Assembly: GCA_028719205.1 (NCBI GenBank)
Contig: JAQUKH010000010.1
Location: 1 to 64,000, forward strand
DNA: 64,000 bases
Origin: a bacterium
GTDB taxonomy: Bacteria > JACRDZ01 > JAQUKH01
Direction: 5' to 3'
Both the position numbers and the translations under genes were made by a program. Shown here one piece after another: positions 7,590 through 16,799 of this stretch. The notes below the pieces were generated by a model. The model made no database searches and was not told the DNA's origin. It worked only from the letters and a program-made list of their open reading frames with translations. Every line of letters starts with the position of its first letter. Position 1 is the stretch's first letter.

Positions 7590-9479
7590 ATGGAAAATAA
7601 AGATTCTCGCTGGATCAAACATTTATTGGATATTAAAGCGATTTCAAATGAAGGTCTTGATATGGCTTTAAAAGAGCAGGAAAAAACAGGCAAGAAATTA
7701 GATGAAATATTAGTTTTGAATAATCTCATTGATAAGAAAAAACTGGCAAAATCTATTTTCGGGATATATTCAGGAAGGAAGATTGAAGAAATATTAGTTG
7801 AGGACGGAATAATTTCTTCGAAACAGTTGAATGAAGCTTTAATAAAACAAAAAAATAGTAAAAAGCGTTTAACGGAAATTTTATTGGAAGAAAATTTAGT
7901 CAATGATGAACAGTTGGCAAAGGTATTAGCTAAACAACAAGGGTTAGAATACACCTCTTTAGAAAATTTTGCGGTTGATAAAGGACTAGCCAGAGAAATT
8001 ACATTGGATAAAATGCGTGATTATTCATTCGTTCCATATAAAAAGGAAGACAAAGTTTTAACTATTGCGGTTTCTGACCCGACTAATCTCATATTGTTCG
8101 ATGAATTAAAAATACTGCTGGGTATGCAGTTAACGTTCATGGTAAGTACAGAAAGGGCAATTAAAAAGGTTTTAGAGAATTTTGGCAGTAAATCCAATGT
8201 GTTACAGGAGATGGCTGAAAATCTGGGAATGCAGATCATAAAAGAAGACGGCGAAGAAGAAAAAGATAATCGGGAAAAAATAGAAAATATTCCTGAGGAT
8301 CTTGAAGATAAAAATAATCCGGTAATCATGATGGTTGATTCCATTATTAACAATGCCATAAAAAAAAGAGCAAGCGATATTCATATTGAATCGAAGGAAG
8401 AAAATGTAGGCGTTAAATATAGGATTGACGGAGTACTTTATCCGGCGATGGAAAAAGTGGCTAAAAAATTTCATGATGTAATTGTTTCCAGAATAAAGAT
8501 AATGGCTGAGTTGAATATCGCGGAAAAGCGCGTACCCCAGGATGGACGTTTTAAAATCAGATTTGAAGGGCGAAATATTGATTTCCGGGTTTCAGTTATA
8601 CCAAGTAATTTTGGAGAAAATGTCGTTATACGTATATTAGATAAAATAGCTTTAAACCTGGATTTGACAAGTTTAGGATTTGATCCGGAGGAATTGGAAA
8701 GATTTAAAAAAGAAATAATAAAGCCTTATGGGATGATCCTGGTTACCGGGCCTACGGGGAGCGGGAAGACTACGACTCTTTACGCGGCAATATCCGCGAT
8801 ATATTCCCCGGAGGAAAAGATAATTACTATTGAAGATCCTATTGAATACCAGTTATCAGGAATAACACAAGTTCCTGTCAATGAAAAAAAAGGGCTTACC
8901 TTCGCGAGAGGCCTGCGTTCTATTCTCAGGCATGATCCGGATAAAATAATGGTTGGAGAGATCCGGGATTCTGAAACCGCCCAGATCGCGGTGCAATCAG
9001 CATTAACCGGGCATTTGGTATTCAGTACGATACACGCGAATAATGTAGTTGATGTTATTACCCGTTTGATCAACATGGGGATTGAACCGTATAATTTTGT
9101 TTCCGCCCTGAATTGTATGATCGCTCAGCGATTGGTTAGGAGTATTTGCGTCCATTGCAAGGTTCCTGTTAAAATATCAGGAAAGGAACTGGTGGATTCC
9201 GGGATTGATCCGGCCAAGGCGGCCGATAAAAATTTTTGTAAAGGGAAAGGCTGTGAATATTGTAATTATACAGGGTATTTTGGAAGAAAGGCTATTTTTG
9301 AATTGATACATCTTTCTGATACTGTCAAGGAAATGATCCTGGAAAAGAAGCCGTTTTCAGAGATAAAACTCAAAGCAAAAGAAGAAGGTATGATATTTTT
9401 GCGGGAAGCCGGATTGAAGAAAGTTTTTGCAGGGGAAACTACGCTTAAAGAGGTTAACAGGGTTACGTTTGTGGAGTAG
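7590..9479 (+). CDS. GspE/PilB-family secretion ATPase with two N-terminal MshEN-like domains
   Basis: ASDIHIE, AEKRVPQDGR, GPTGSGKTTT, TIEDPIE, LRHDPDKIMVGEIRD, tetracysteine motif. Confidence 0.95.
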   Translation: MENKDSRWIKHLLDIKAISNEGLDMALKEQEKTGKKLDEILVLNNLIDKKKLAKSIFGIYSGRKIEEILVEDGIISSKQLNEALIKQKNSKKRLTEILLEENLVNDEQLAKVLAKQQGLEYTSLENFAVDKGLAREITLDKMRDYSFVPYKKEDKVLTIAVSDPTNLILFDELKILLGMQLTFMVSTERAIKKVLENFGSKSNVLQEMAENLGMQIIKEDGEEEKDNREKIENIPEDLEDKNNPVIMMVDSIINNAIKKRASDIHIESKEENVGVKYRIDGVLYPAMEKVAKKFHDVIVSRIKIMAELNIAEKRVPQDGRFKIRFEGRNIDFRVSVIPSNFGENVVIRILDKIALNLDLTSLGFDPEELERFKKEIIKPYGMILVTGPTGSGKTTTLYAAISAIYSPEEKIITIEDPIEYQLSGITQVPVNEKKGLTFARGLRSILRHDPDKIMVGEIRDSETAQIAVQSALTGHLVFSTIHANNVVDVITRLINMGIEPYNFVSALNCMIAQRLVRSICVHCKVPVKISGKELVDSGIDPAKAADKNFCKGKGCEYCNYTGYFGRKAIFELIHLSDTVKEMILEKKPFSEIKLKAKEEGMIFLREAGLKKVFAGETTLKEVNRVTFVE

Positions 9480-9495
9480 AGGATAGGAGAAATAT

Positions 9496-10569
9496 ATGTT
9501 TTACTTGACCTCAAAAGATGTCTCAGCCGGGCTTGATATCGGCAGTCATAGCATTAAATTAATTAAGTTAAAGCGGGGAAAAAAGGTAAAAATTTTAAAC
9601 GCTGAGAAGGTCCTGCTGCCTCAGGATCTAATCCGGGGAAGTTTTATTAATGAAAACATCCGGGATCAAAAAGTTTTTACCGGAAAGATAAAAGAATTAT
9701 TTTCCATCGCCGGGTTAAGTGATAAAGAAGTGGCAGTAGGTATCCCTGATACTTCCGCGCGAAGTATTTTTTTGGAACTGGAAAATGTGCCTGAGAATAA
9801 AGAAGACGCGAAAGAACTTATAAAATGGAAACTGAAAAAAGATATAGATTCAAATTTAGACAAAAATTTCGCGATTGATTATCATATTTTAAAAAAAGAT
9901 ACAAAGGATAAAAAAGATCTTTACAGGCTTTTCGTAGTATTGAGTAATAAAAAAATTTTGGCGGAGTATGAAGATTCATTAAGGAATATCGGATTAAAAC
10001 CTGTCTCATTGACTTTGAGTTCTTTTGGATTGATCAATTTTATTAATTTTATTGAAAAAAGAAGCGATAACTCCCTCATAATCAACCTGGGGCATCAGGT
10101 AACGACTTTATTTATTATAAAGGACCAAAAACTTGCTTTTATGCGTTCAATTGATATCGGGGGAAGAGATTTTACTTCAGAGGTCAAAGAGCATTTTTCG
10201 TTAAACTGGGAAGACGCGGAAAAGAAAAAACGGGAGAATATCTTTTTCCCTGAAAGTATTGAGATCCCTGAATTAATGAATATGAGCGTATTGGATAATT
10301 TCAGTTCAATTAAATTAACTCAGGGTAATCTTATAAGAGAGATATCTTTATCTTTGCGCCATTATGAAGATAAAACAGGAGAGTCCGCGATCAAAAAAAT
10401 TTTATTATCCGGCGGGACCGCGGATTTCAGGAATATCAATATATTTATCAAAAATATTTTTAATTTGGATACTTTTAAGATCGATCAATTAGAAAAAATA
10501 GATCTGCTGCAAAATATCGGAGCGGAGAATTTATCAACTTATGCTTCAGTAATTGGATTGTTGTTATGA
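9496..10569 (+). CDS. pilM: PilM-like actin-fold assembly protein
   Basis: GLDIGSHSIK, INLGHQVT, IGGRDFT, LLSGGTA; position in operon. Confidence 0.85.
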   Translation: MFYLTSKDVSAGLDIGSHSIKLIKLKRGKKVKILNAEKVLLPQDLIRGSFINENIRDQKVFTGKIKELFSIAGLSDKEVAVGIPDTSARSIFLELENVPENKEDAKELIKWKLKKDIDSNLDKNFAIDYHILKKDTKDKKDLYRLFVVLSNKKILAEYEDSLRNIGLKPVSLTLSSFGLINFINFIEKRSDNSLIINLGHQVTTLFIIKDQKLAFMRSIDIGGRDFTSEVKEHFSLNWEDAEKKKRENIFFPESIEIPELMNMSVLDNFSSIKLTQGNLIREISLSLRHYEDKTGESAIKKILLSGGTADFRNINIFIKNIFNLDTFKIDQLEKIDLLQNIGAENLSTYASVIGLLL

Positions 10570-11117
10570 AAATAGAAATAAATTTATCCCAGCATAAATA
10601 TGAAAAAAGATCAGTTATTATTCTCTTTTACTCTGTAATTATTGCTTTAATATTAAGTGCTGTATTTTATAACTATAAATTAATATATTATTATAATGAT
10701 CAGCTTGCCGGTTTAAATGAAAAAAACGCCGATTTGAATAAAAAATTAGAAACAGGAAGGCAAATAGTTAATGAAAAAGGGTTGTCAGAAAAGGATTCAA
10801 GCGCTTTATTGAAAAAGATAGATTATGTTAATCTGGTGATAGAAAAGCAGGCTTTTTCATGGACAGGGCTTATTTATCATCTTGAAGAGCATACTCCTGA
10901 TGAGATTAGTATTACTGAAATAACGCCGTCTTTTGCTGAAAATAACATTAAGATCATCGGTTTGGCTAAAACAGTCGATGATATAGTAAAGTTTGTTAAT
11001 AATCTTCAATTATCGAGTTATTTTAAGGAAGTGTTTTTATTAGAGCATAGTGAAGTGGAAATCGAAAAAAATCAATTGATAAAATTTGTTATTACTTCCA
11101 AATATATAAAGGAATGA
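10566..11117 (+). CDS. pilN: PilN-domain protein
   Basis: N-terminal INL motif, one TM segment, coiled coil, WTGLIYHLEEHTP ferredoxin-like domain. Confidence 0.8.
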   Translation: MKIEINLSQHKYEKRSVIILFYSVIIALILSAVFYNYKLIYYYNDQLAGLNEKNADLNKKLETGRQIVNEKGLSEKDSSALLKKIDYVNLVIEKQAFSWTGLIYHLEEHTPDEISITEITPSFAENNIKIIGLAKTVDDIVKFVNNLQLSSYFKEVFLLEHSEVEIEKNQLIKFVITSKYIKE

Positions 11118-11653
11118 GCAGCTATATGAAACAGCCGTTGAAAATTTTATTAATAAGCTTTGTTGTTATTGTATTTGCTAATATAACGGTATTCTGGTTT
11201 GTGATCCGGCCGGAAAAAATAGCGATAAAGCAAAAGGAGGCAGATTATTTCGTGTTAAGAGAAAATCTGCTTGAGGTCAGGCAAAGGATAAAAAATGAAA
11301 AATATATTAAGGAAAGTATCAGTAATATTAAAAGCGACCTTGATAAATTTGATTTAATATTGCCCCGTCATGAAGAAATTACACGGCTAATTCAGGAATT
11401 GCCCAATATAGCTGAAAAAACCGGAGTAAAAGTGAGCGGTGTGAAATATCAACCGTTTGTAAAGGATGAAGGTTATAACCGTCTTTCTTTTTCCCTGCCT
11501 GTGGAGGGGAAATATTCCAATATCAGAAAATTTATCTATGAATTAGAGACGATGAGAAAAATAATATGGATCGAACGCTTAGCTATCCGGACATCATATT
11601 CCGTGCGTGAAGAGCTGACAATACAATTGACAATGTCTACTTATTTTTTATAA
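11114..11653 (+). CDS. pilO: PilO/GspM-like protein
   Basis: TM plus coiled coil plus VEGKYSNIRKFIYELE motif; follows pilN. Confidence 0.8.
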   Translation: MSSYMKQPLKILLISFVVIVFANITVFWFVIRPEKIAIKQKEADYFVLRENLLEVRQRIKNEKYIKESISNIKSDLDKFDLILPRHEEITRLIQELPNIAEKTGVKVSGVKYQPFVKDEGYNRLSFSLPVEGKYSNIRKFIYELETMRKIIWIERLAIRTSYSVREELTIQLTMSTYFL

Positions 11654-11689
11654 CGGTGGAGTTTTTACAATTAATTTGAGGAGGATTAG

Positions 11690-13651
11690 ATGAAAAAGGT
11701 AATAATCCTGTTTTTACTTTTGTTTTTTTACTGTTTTCAAATCGGGGAATATGGTGAAACCAGTAATGTAAAAGAGAATGAGGTTCCGGCGGAAGTTCCT
11801 AAATCCGATAAGAGCGAACCTGCGGATAAAAGTACATCATTAAAAAAACAGGATCCGGCGATACAGCCTATAACTCTTAAGTTTAAAAACGCGTATTTAA
11901 AAGATATTTTTGAGATCTTATCCAAGATGACCGGTGTGAATATATTTTTTGATGAGACAGTTCAGAACAAAAAAATAAATGTTTATATCGATTCACTGCC
12001 TTTTGAACAGGCATTGGATATTTTATTGAAGACAAATGACCTGACAAAAATAACTGTGGATAAAAATTCCATGGTGGTAGTACCAAAAAAGGGAGACAGG
12101 ATAAAAAATTATCAGGATATGGTCATTAAAACCTTTTATTTAACAAATGCCGAGGCAAAAGATATCATTAATTTGCTTAGGACCATGATCCAGACAAAAC
12201 AGATAATCATAAATGAGAGGCTTAATGCTATTGTCCTTCGTGATACAAAAGAGAATATTGATATGGCGCAGCAGATCATTGAGGCCAATGATAAACTCGG
12301 CACGCAGGTTGATATTGAACTGGAACTTTTGGAGATAAACCGTAACAGGCTTGAAAATCTTGGAATGCAGCTTGGCGGAGGCGAGGGCGATAAAAAAGCG
12401 CTTTTATCAGGTTTGAGCGAGATTAAGTTTGAAGGCAGTGTGAAAAATAAATTGAATCTTTCGCTGCCGAGTGTCTGGTATAACCTGGTTAATGATAAGA
12501 GTTTCGCGAAGATATTGGCTAATCCGAGGATCAGGGTGACCAATAAACAAAAGGCGAAGATCATGATTGCGGATCGTATCCCTGTTGAGATTTCCTCGTC
12601 TACCAAGGACAGCTTAGGCAATGAAACAATTAATACTCAGGTCCAATATAAAGACGTTGGAATTAAACTTGATGTTGAGCCTAATATCCATTTTGATAAC
12701 CAGGTGGAGGTAAAGCTAAGCCTGGAGGTTAGTTCAATTGTAGAATATAACTCAAAGGGATATCCATTGATCCGGACAAGAAATGTTGAAAGTTCTATCA
12801 GATTGAAAGATGGTGAATCTAAGATTTTAGGCGGATTAATAAGTGATGAGGAGAGAAAAGGCGCATCCAAAGTTCCGATGCTGAATAAGATCCCGTTTCT
12901 TGGGACATTATTTACTTCCAGCCGCGATCAAAAAATTGAGACAGAAATTGTTATGAGGGTAACCCCTTATATAGTTGATAAAACCGTTTTAGCTCAGGAT
13001 ACAGCATCAGCTTCCCCTGGGATAACAGTTTCTTCCTCTGCTGCAGGAAAGACAGATTTGATACAGGAAGTTCCTCCTTTACCTAAAGAGGAACCGGTAA
13101 AGAATGAACCGGTGGAAGCGGCTTTTACAAAAATGCAAAGGCTGGTTGAAGAAAAATCAGTAAGCGATGAAGAAAAGAAAGAAAAACCAAAGGATGACCT
13201 GTCGAATCAGCCGGACGCGGCGTCGAATATGATCTATATTAATCCTCAGTTTAAAGATGTTATTGTGAATGAGGAGTTTTCCTTAGAGGTGTCTGTAAAT
13301 AATATTTCAGATCTTTTTGCCGTGCCTTTTTATCTTATTTATGATCCTAAACTTCTGCAATTTATATCGGCGAAAGAAGGGCCTTTTTTAGGACAGGATG
13401 GAAATTCAACTACCTTTCTATTTTCTAATGATATTAACCGCGGCAGGGTAATAGTCGGCCTTACCCGTCTGGGACAGGTAAAGGGAGTGAATGGTTCGGG
13501 AACGATCATGATCATAAATTTTAAGGCGCTTGCTGCTGGCAATGCTTCTATTGGTTTTGATAATGCCTCGGCAAAGCGGGTTACTTCTGAAAATCCGATG
13601 CCGCAGTCGTTTCCAGTGACTTTCAGGGGCGCGCAGGTAAATGTAAAATAA
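11690..13651 (+). CDS. Secretin (GspD/PilQ family) with C-terminal cohesin-like domain
   Basis: Signal peptide; STN and Secretin_N domains; AKILANPRIRV, YKDVGIKLDVEP, KVPMLNKIPFLGTLF; Pro/Glu linker then FSLEVSV..LF.VPFYLIYDPKLLQF..KEGPFL...GSGTIMIINFKA (cohesin-like). Confidence 0.9.
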   Translation: MKKVIILFLLLFFYCFQIGEYGETSNVKENEVPAEVPKSDKSEPADKSTSLKKQDPAIQPITLKFKNAYLKDIFEILSKMTGVNIFFDETVQNKKINVYIDSLPFEQALDILLKTNDLTKITVDKNSMVVVPKKGDRIKNYQDMVIKTFYLTNAEAKDIINLLRTMIQTKQIIINERLNAIVLRDTKENIDMAQQIIEANDKLGTQVDIELELLEINRNRLENLGMQLGGGEGDKKALLSGLSEIKFEGSVKNKLNLSLPSVWYNLVNDKSFAKILANPRIRVTNKQKAKIMIADRIPVEISSSTKDSLGNETINTQVQYKDVGIKLDVEPNIHFDNQVEVKLSLEVSSIVEYNSKGYPLIRTRNVESSIRLKDGESKILGGLISDEERKGASKVPMLNKIPFLGTLFTSSRDQKIETEIVMRVTPYIVDKTVLAQDTASASPGITVSSSAAGKTDLIQEVPPLPKEEPVKNEPVEAAFTKMQRLVEEKSVSDEEKKEKPKDDLSNQPDAASNMIYINPQFKDVIVNEEFSLEVSVNNISDLFAVPFYLIYDPKLLQFISAKEGPFLGQDGNSTTFLFSNDINRGRVIVGLTRLGQVKGVNGSGTIMIINFKALAAGNASIGFDNASAKRVTSENPMPQSFPVTFRGAQVNVK

Positions 13652-14249
13652 AGAGCATGGAGCAAATGGAGTTAAAATGAAATATCCGGGAAAAATAAAA
13701 AAAACTACAAGTTTTATTAAGTTAATGGTTACTTTGGCTGCTATTGGTATTTTAATCCATTATACAGCTGATAAAAATGTCTTAGCGCAAGATACAGCGT
13801 CAGCGGTGTCGAATATGATCTGTATTAATCCTCAGGCCAAAGAAGTTAAAATAAATAACGAGTTTTCCTTAGAGGTGTCTGTAAATAATATTTCGGACCT
13901 TTTTGCCGTGCCTTTTTATCTTACATATGATCCTAAAATCCTGCAATTTGTATCGGCGAAAGAAGGGCCTTTTTTAGGACAGGATGGAAATTCAACTACC
14001 TTTTTATTTTCTAATGATATTAACCGCGGCAGGGTAATAGTCGGCCTTACCCGTTTAGGGAAGGTAAAGGGAGTGAGTGGTTCGGGATCGATCATGGTTA
14101 TAAATTTTAAAGCGGTCGGGATCGGCAATACTTCTATTGGTTTTGATAAAGCTTCGGCAAAGAAAGTTACTGAAGATACAGAACCACAGTCATTTCCTGT
14201 AACTTTCAGGGGCGCGCAGGTGAATGTAAAATAAAGAACATGGAGCAAA
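13217..14249 (+). repeat. Direct duplication: 13217-13666 versus 13803-14249
   Basis: Long runs of identical DNA (e.g. GGCGAAAGAAGGGCCTTTTTTAGGACAGGATGGAAATTCAACTAC); both copies end AAATAAAGA.CATGGAGCAAA. Confidence 0.95.
13677..14234 (+). CDS. Stand-alone cohesin-like domain protein (chimeric duplicate)
   Basis: C-terminal ~140 aa near-identical to the secretin tail; N-terminus resembles a degenerate prepilin helix. Confidence 0.85.
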   Translation: MKYPGKIKKTTSFIKLMVTLAAIGILIHYTADKNVLAQDTASAVSNMICINPQAKEVKINNEFSLEVSVNNISDLFAVPFYLTYDPKILQFVSAKEGPFLGQDGNSTTFLFSNDINRGRVIVGLTRLGKVKGVSGSGSIMVINFKAVGIGNTSIGFDKASAKKVTEDTEPQSFPVTFRGAQVNVK

Positions 14250-14740
14250 GAAAAATACAAATTACAACTCAGCACGGTTTCAGTTTTATTGAATTAATGG
14301 TTACTTTGGCCATTATCGGTATTCTGGCTTCCGTTGTTTTGCCTTTAACAAAGATCACAGTAAAGAGAAATAAGGAAATAGAACTGCGAAGGTCTCTGCG
14401 GGAAATAAGAAAATCGATCGATAATTATAAAATAAAATTTGATGAATTAAAAACTGAATTTTACAGTACAAAAAGAGATATAAAAAAAGAAGAACTCTAT
14501 AAAAAATTCAAGGTGGAAGAAGTTGACCGTATGGGTTATCCTCTTACTTTGCAGGAATTGTTAGAACTTAAATTTTTACGCCGGATACCGGAAGATCCTT
14601 TTACCGGTTCGCAGAAATGGGCAACTCGTTCTTATAGCGATGCGTATGACAGTAAAAATACAGACGGTAACAATATTTATGATGTATATTCAACAAGTGA
14701 AGAAGAGGCGTTAGATGGGACAAAATACAGCAACTGGTAG
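14240..14740 (+). CDS. GspG-like pseudopilin
   Basis: Prepilin site G|FSFIELMV; KEIELRRSLREIR..ID, FLRRIPEDPF, ALDGTKYSNW. Confidence 0.9.
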   Translation: MEQRKIQITTQHGFSFIELMVTLAIIGILASVVLPLTKITVKRNKEIELRRSLREIRKSIDNYKIKFDELKTEFYSTKRDIKKEELYKKFKVEEVDRMGYPLTLQELLELKFLRRIPEDPFTGSQKWATRSYSDAYDSKNTDGNNIYDVYSTSEEEALDGTKYSNW

Positions 14741-15116
14741 AAAAATTAAGTTACAAGCCGGTTTTACATTGATAGAGCTTGTTATTTCACTTTCAATATT
14801 AGGTATCATTTTATCTTTTGCTGAACCGATTTATAAAAATTCCATTATAAAAGCGAAAGAAGCCGCCTTAAAGAAGGATATTTTTATCATAAGAGATAGT
14901 ATTGACCAGTATTATGCAGACAATAGCAGTTATCCTGCAAGTTTGGAGGAGCTTGTCGAGAAAAAATATATAAGGTCGATTCCTGAAGATCCTTTTACTA
15001 AAAGTAAGGATACCTGGGTAATAATATCTTCTGTTCCTGAAGAGGTGGATGTTTTTGATATACACAGCGGAAGTGATCTTTTGGCTCTGGACGGGACGGC
15101 ATATAATGAATGGTAA
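14715..15116 (+). CDS. GspG-like pseudopilin
   Basis: G|FTLIELVI; AKEAALKKD...RDSIDQYYAD..YPASLEELV, IPEDPF. Confidence 0.9.
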   Translation: MGQNTATGRKIKLQAGFTLIELVISLSILGIILSFAEPIYKNSIIKAKEAALKKDIFIIRDSIDQYYADNSSYPASLEELVEKKYIRSIPEDPFTKSKDTWVIISSVPEEVDVFDIHSGSDLLALDGTAYNEW

Positions 15117-15483
15117 AAACGAGTCCGGTTTTACGTATATCTGGCTTATGATATTTATCGCGGTTATGTGTGTGAACATCGCGATAGTAGCCCCTGTCTG
15201 GAGAACAACTGTAAAGAGGGATAAGGAAGAGGAGCTGCGTTACCGTCTTGAAAGCATCAGAAGCGGAATAAAAACGTATAAGAGTAAATATAATAAATTT
15301 CCCGATAATATCAGTGAATTAGTAGCCCTGAAATGCCTTCGCAGGCTGTTTCCTGACCCAATGACCGCTAAATTAGATTGGACGTTAAATGGAAATTTAG
15401 GATTTTCCGATATACACAGCAATTCAAAAGAAGAATCAATGAAATCTACGAAAGAGTTGAAAGATTATTATTCAGCATGGTAA
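15106..15483 (+). CDS. Minor pseudopilin-like protein lacking Glu5
   Basis: Start reassigned to ATG 15106 (MNGKNESG|FTYIWLM); KEEEL, LRRLFPDPMT. Confidence 0.8.
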   Translation: MNGKNESGFTYIWLMIFIAVMCVNIAIVAPVWRTTVKRDKEEELRYRLESIRSGIKTYKSKYNKFPDNISELVALKCLRRLFPDPMTAKLDWTLNGNLGFSDIHSNSKEESMKSTKELKDYYSAW

Positions 15484-15494
15484 TGGAGCAATTG

Positions 15495-16082
15495 ATGGAC
15501 AAAAATGAAGAAGATATAATTTTAGTAAGAAAATGTCTTAATGGAAATAATGATGCCTTCGAGGAGCTGGTTAATAAATATAAACTTCAAATATATAATT
15601 TGGCATACAGGCTTTTAGGAAATAGGGAAGAAGCCAAAGATGTTGCCCAGGAGGCTTTTTTCAGGGCTTACCGGTCATTAAACAAATATAAAATAACATA
15701 TAGTTTTTTTACCTGGATTTATACTATTTCTATTAATGTTTGCCGTAATCACCTCAAAGATAATAAAAAAATGCAAATGGTTTCATTCGAATCCCATTCC
15801 AGCATGGAGGAAGACGATTTTGAACTGCCGATAGCCTCAGAACAACTGACCCCTGAAGAGATATTGCATAAAAAGAGAAATGACGTTATAGTCCAGCGGA
15901 TCATCAGTAAGCTGCCCAAGAAATACAGGACAGTAGTTGTTTTAAAATATATTCATGATTTACAGTATAATGAGATCGCAAATATAGTTAATTTACCGTT
16001 AGGGACGGTAAAGATCCAGATACATCGCGCGCGTAAGGTGTTAAAGGAACTTTGGGATAAGGAAACAAAAAATAATTTTTGA
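15495..16082 (+). CDS. ECF sigma factor (SigW-like)
   Basis: DAFEELV..Y, EEAKDVAQEAF, FFTWIYTI..N, LPLGTVKIQIHRAR; start ATG 15495 (GGAG RBS) or ATG 15483 overlapping the upstream stop. Confidence 0.92.
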   Translation: MDKNEEDIILVRKCLNGNNDAFEELVNKYKLQIYNLAYRLLGNREEAKDVAQEAFFRAYRSLNKYKITYSFFTWIYTISINVCRNHLKDNKKMQMVSFESHSSMEEDDFELPIASEQLTPEEILHKKRNDVIVQRIISKLPKKYRTVVVLKYIHDLQYNEIANIVNLPLGTVKIQIHRARKVLKELWDKETKNNF

Positions 16083-16105
16083 AACTCATAAAAAAACCTG
16101 TGGTA
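16080..16105 (+). promoter_or_regulatory. Candidate ECF (SigW-like) promoter in front of the anti-sigma gene
   Basis: TGAAAC-N16-GGTA versus B. subtilis SigW consensus TGAAAC-N16-CGTA. Confidence 0.5.
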
Positions 16106-16122
16106 TATCATATCAGGAGAGG

Positions 16123-16761
16123 ATGAAAATGAAGTGCAATGACGCAAAAGAGCTAATTGATTATTATATTGACGGGCTGCTTTCCGGAAGCGAAAAGAAA
16201 GAGCTGGTTTCTCATTTGGAATGCTGCGTTTGCTGTAAAAAGGAGTATAATGATTTAAAGGAAATGAACGATAATTTGAGATCGGTTTCTATCGTTTCTG
16301 TCCCTGATGATTTTACGAATCGGGTTATGGATCGCGTTAATAAGTATAGCAGGAACAGTATGCTTGACTGGTTTGATTTTATTTTTACTCCAAGAGTGGT
16401 AAAATGGAACGTTGCAGCAGTTTTTTCTTTGCTTCTTTTAGTTGGGATCAGCGTTTATTTATTTCCAAAAAACAGGTTTATTGATAGTGAGGTAGTAAAT
16501 GTTAAATTTCAGTTGGAATTACCTGCGGGCCATGTAGGGATAAATACAATTTCTTTGGCAGGAGATTTTAACGGATGGGATACAAAAGCTATGGTCCTTA
16601 ATCCGTCTGATAATAATAAATGGACTCTTGATGTTCCTTTGAAAAAAGGACGTTATCAGTATATGTTCGTTATTGATGGCCGTGAATGGATGCCGGATCC
16701 TGTTGCAGGAAAACTTGTAGATGACGGGTTCGGCGGTAAAAATTCTTTACTTGAGTTGTAA
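16123..16761 (+). CDS. Zinc-finger (ZAS) anti-sigma factor with C-terminal CBM48/AMPK-type glycogen-binding domain
   Basis: HLECCVCC (HxxxCxxC); one TM segment; ISLAGDFNGW...W.LDVPLKKGRYQYMFVIDGREWMPDP...DDGFGGKNS. Confidence 0.88.
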   Translation: MKMKCNDAKELIDYYIDGLLSGSEKKELVSHLECCVCCKKEYNDLKEMNDNLRSVSIVSVPDDFTNRVMDRVNKYSRNSMLDWFDFIFTPRVVKWNVAAVFSLLLLVGISVYLFPKNRFIDSEVVNVKFQLELPAGHVGINTISLAGDFNGWDTKAMVLNPSDNNKWTLDVPLKKGRYQYMFVIDGREWMPDPVAGKLVDDGFGGKNSLLEL

Positions 16762-16799
16762 ACTTGACTCGTAGGGGATAAATTTGAGTAAAGGCAGAG

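Noticed and set aside
7590-15483. Retractile type IVa pilus
   Set aside because: No PilT or PilA-like major pilin here; the pilins are GspG-like, so a T2SS-like system fits better
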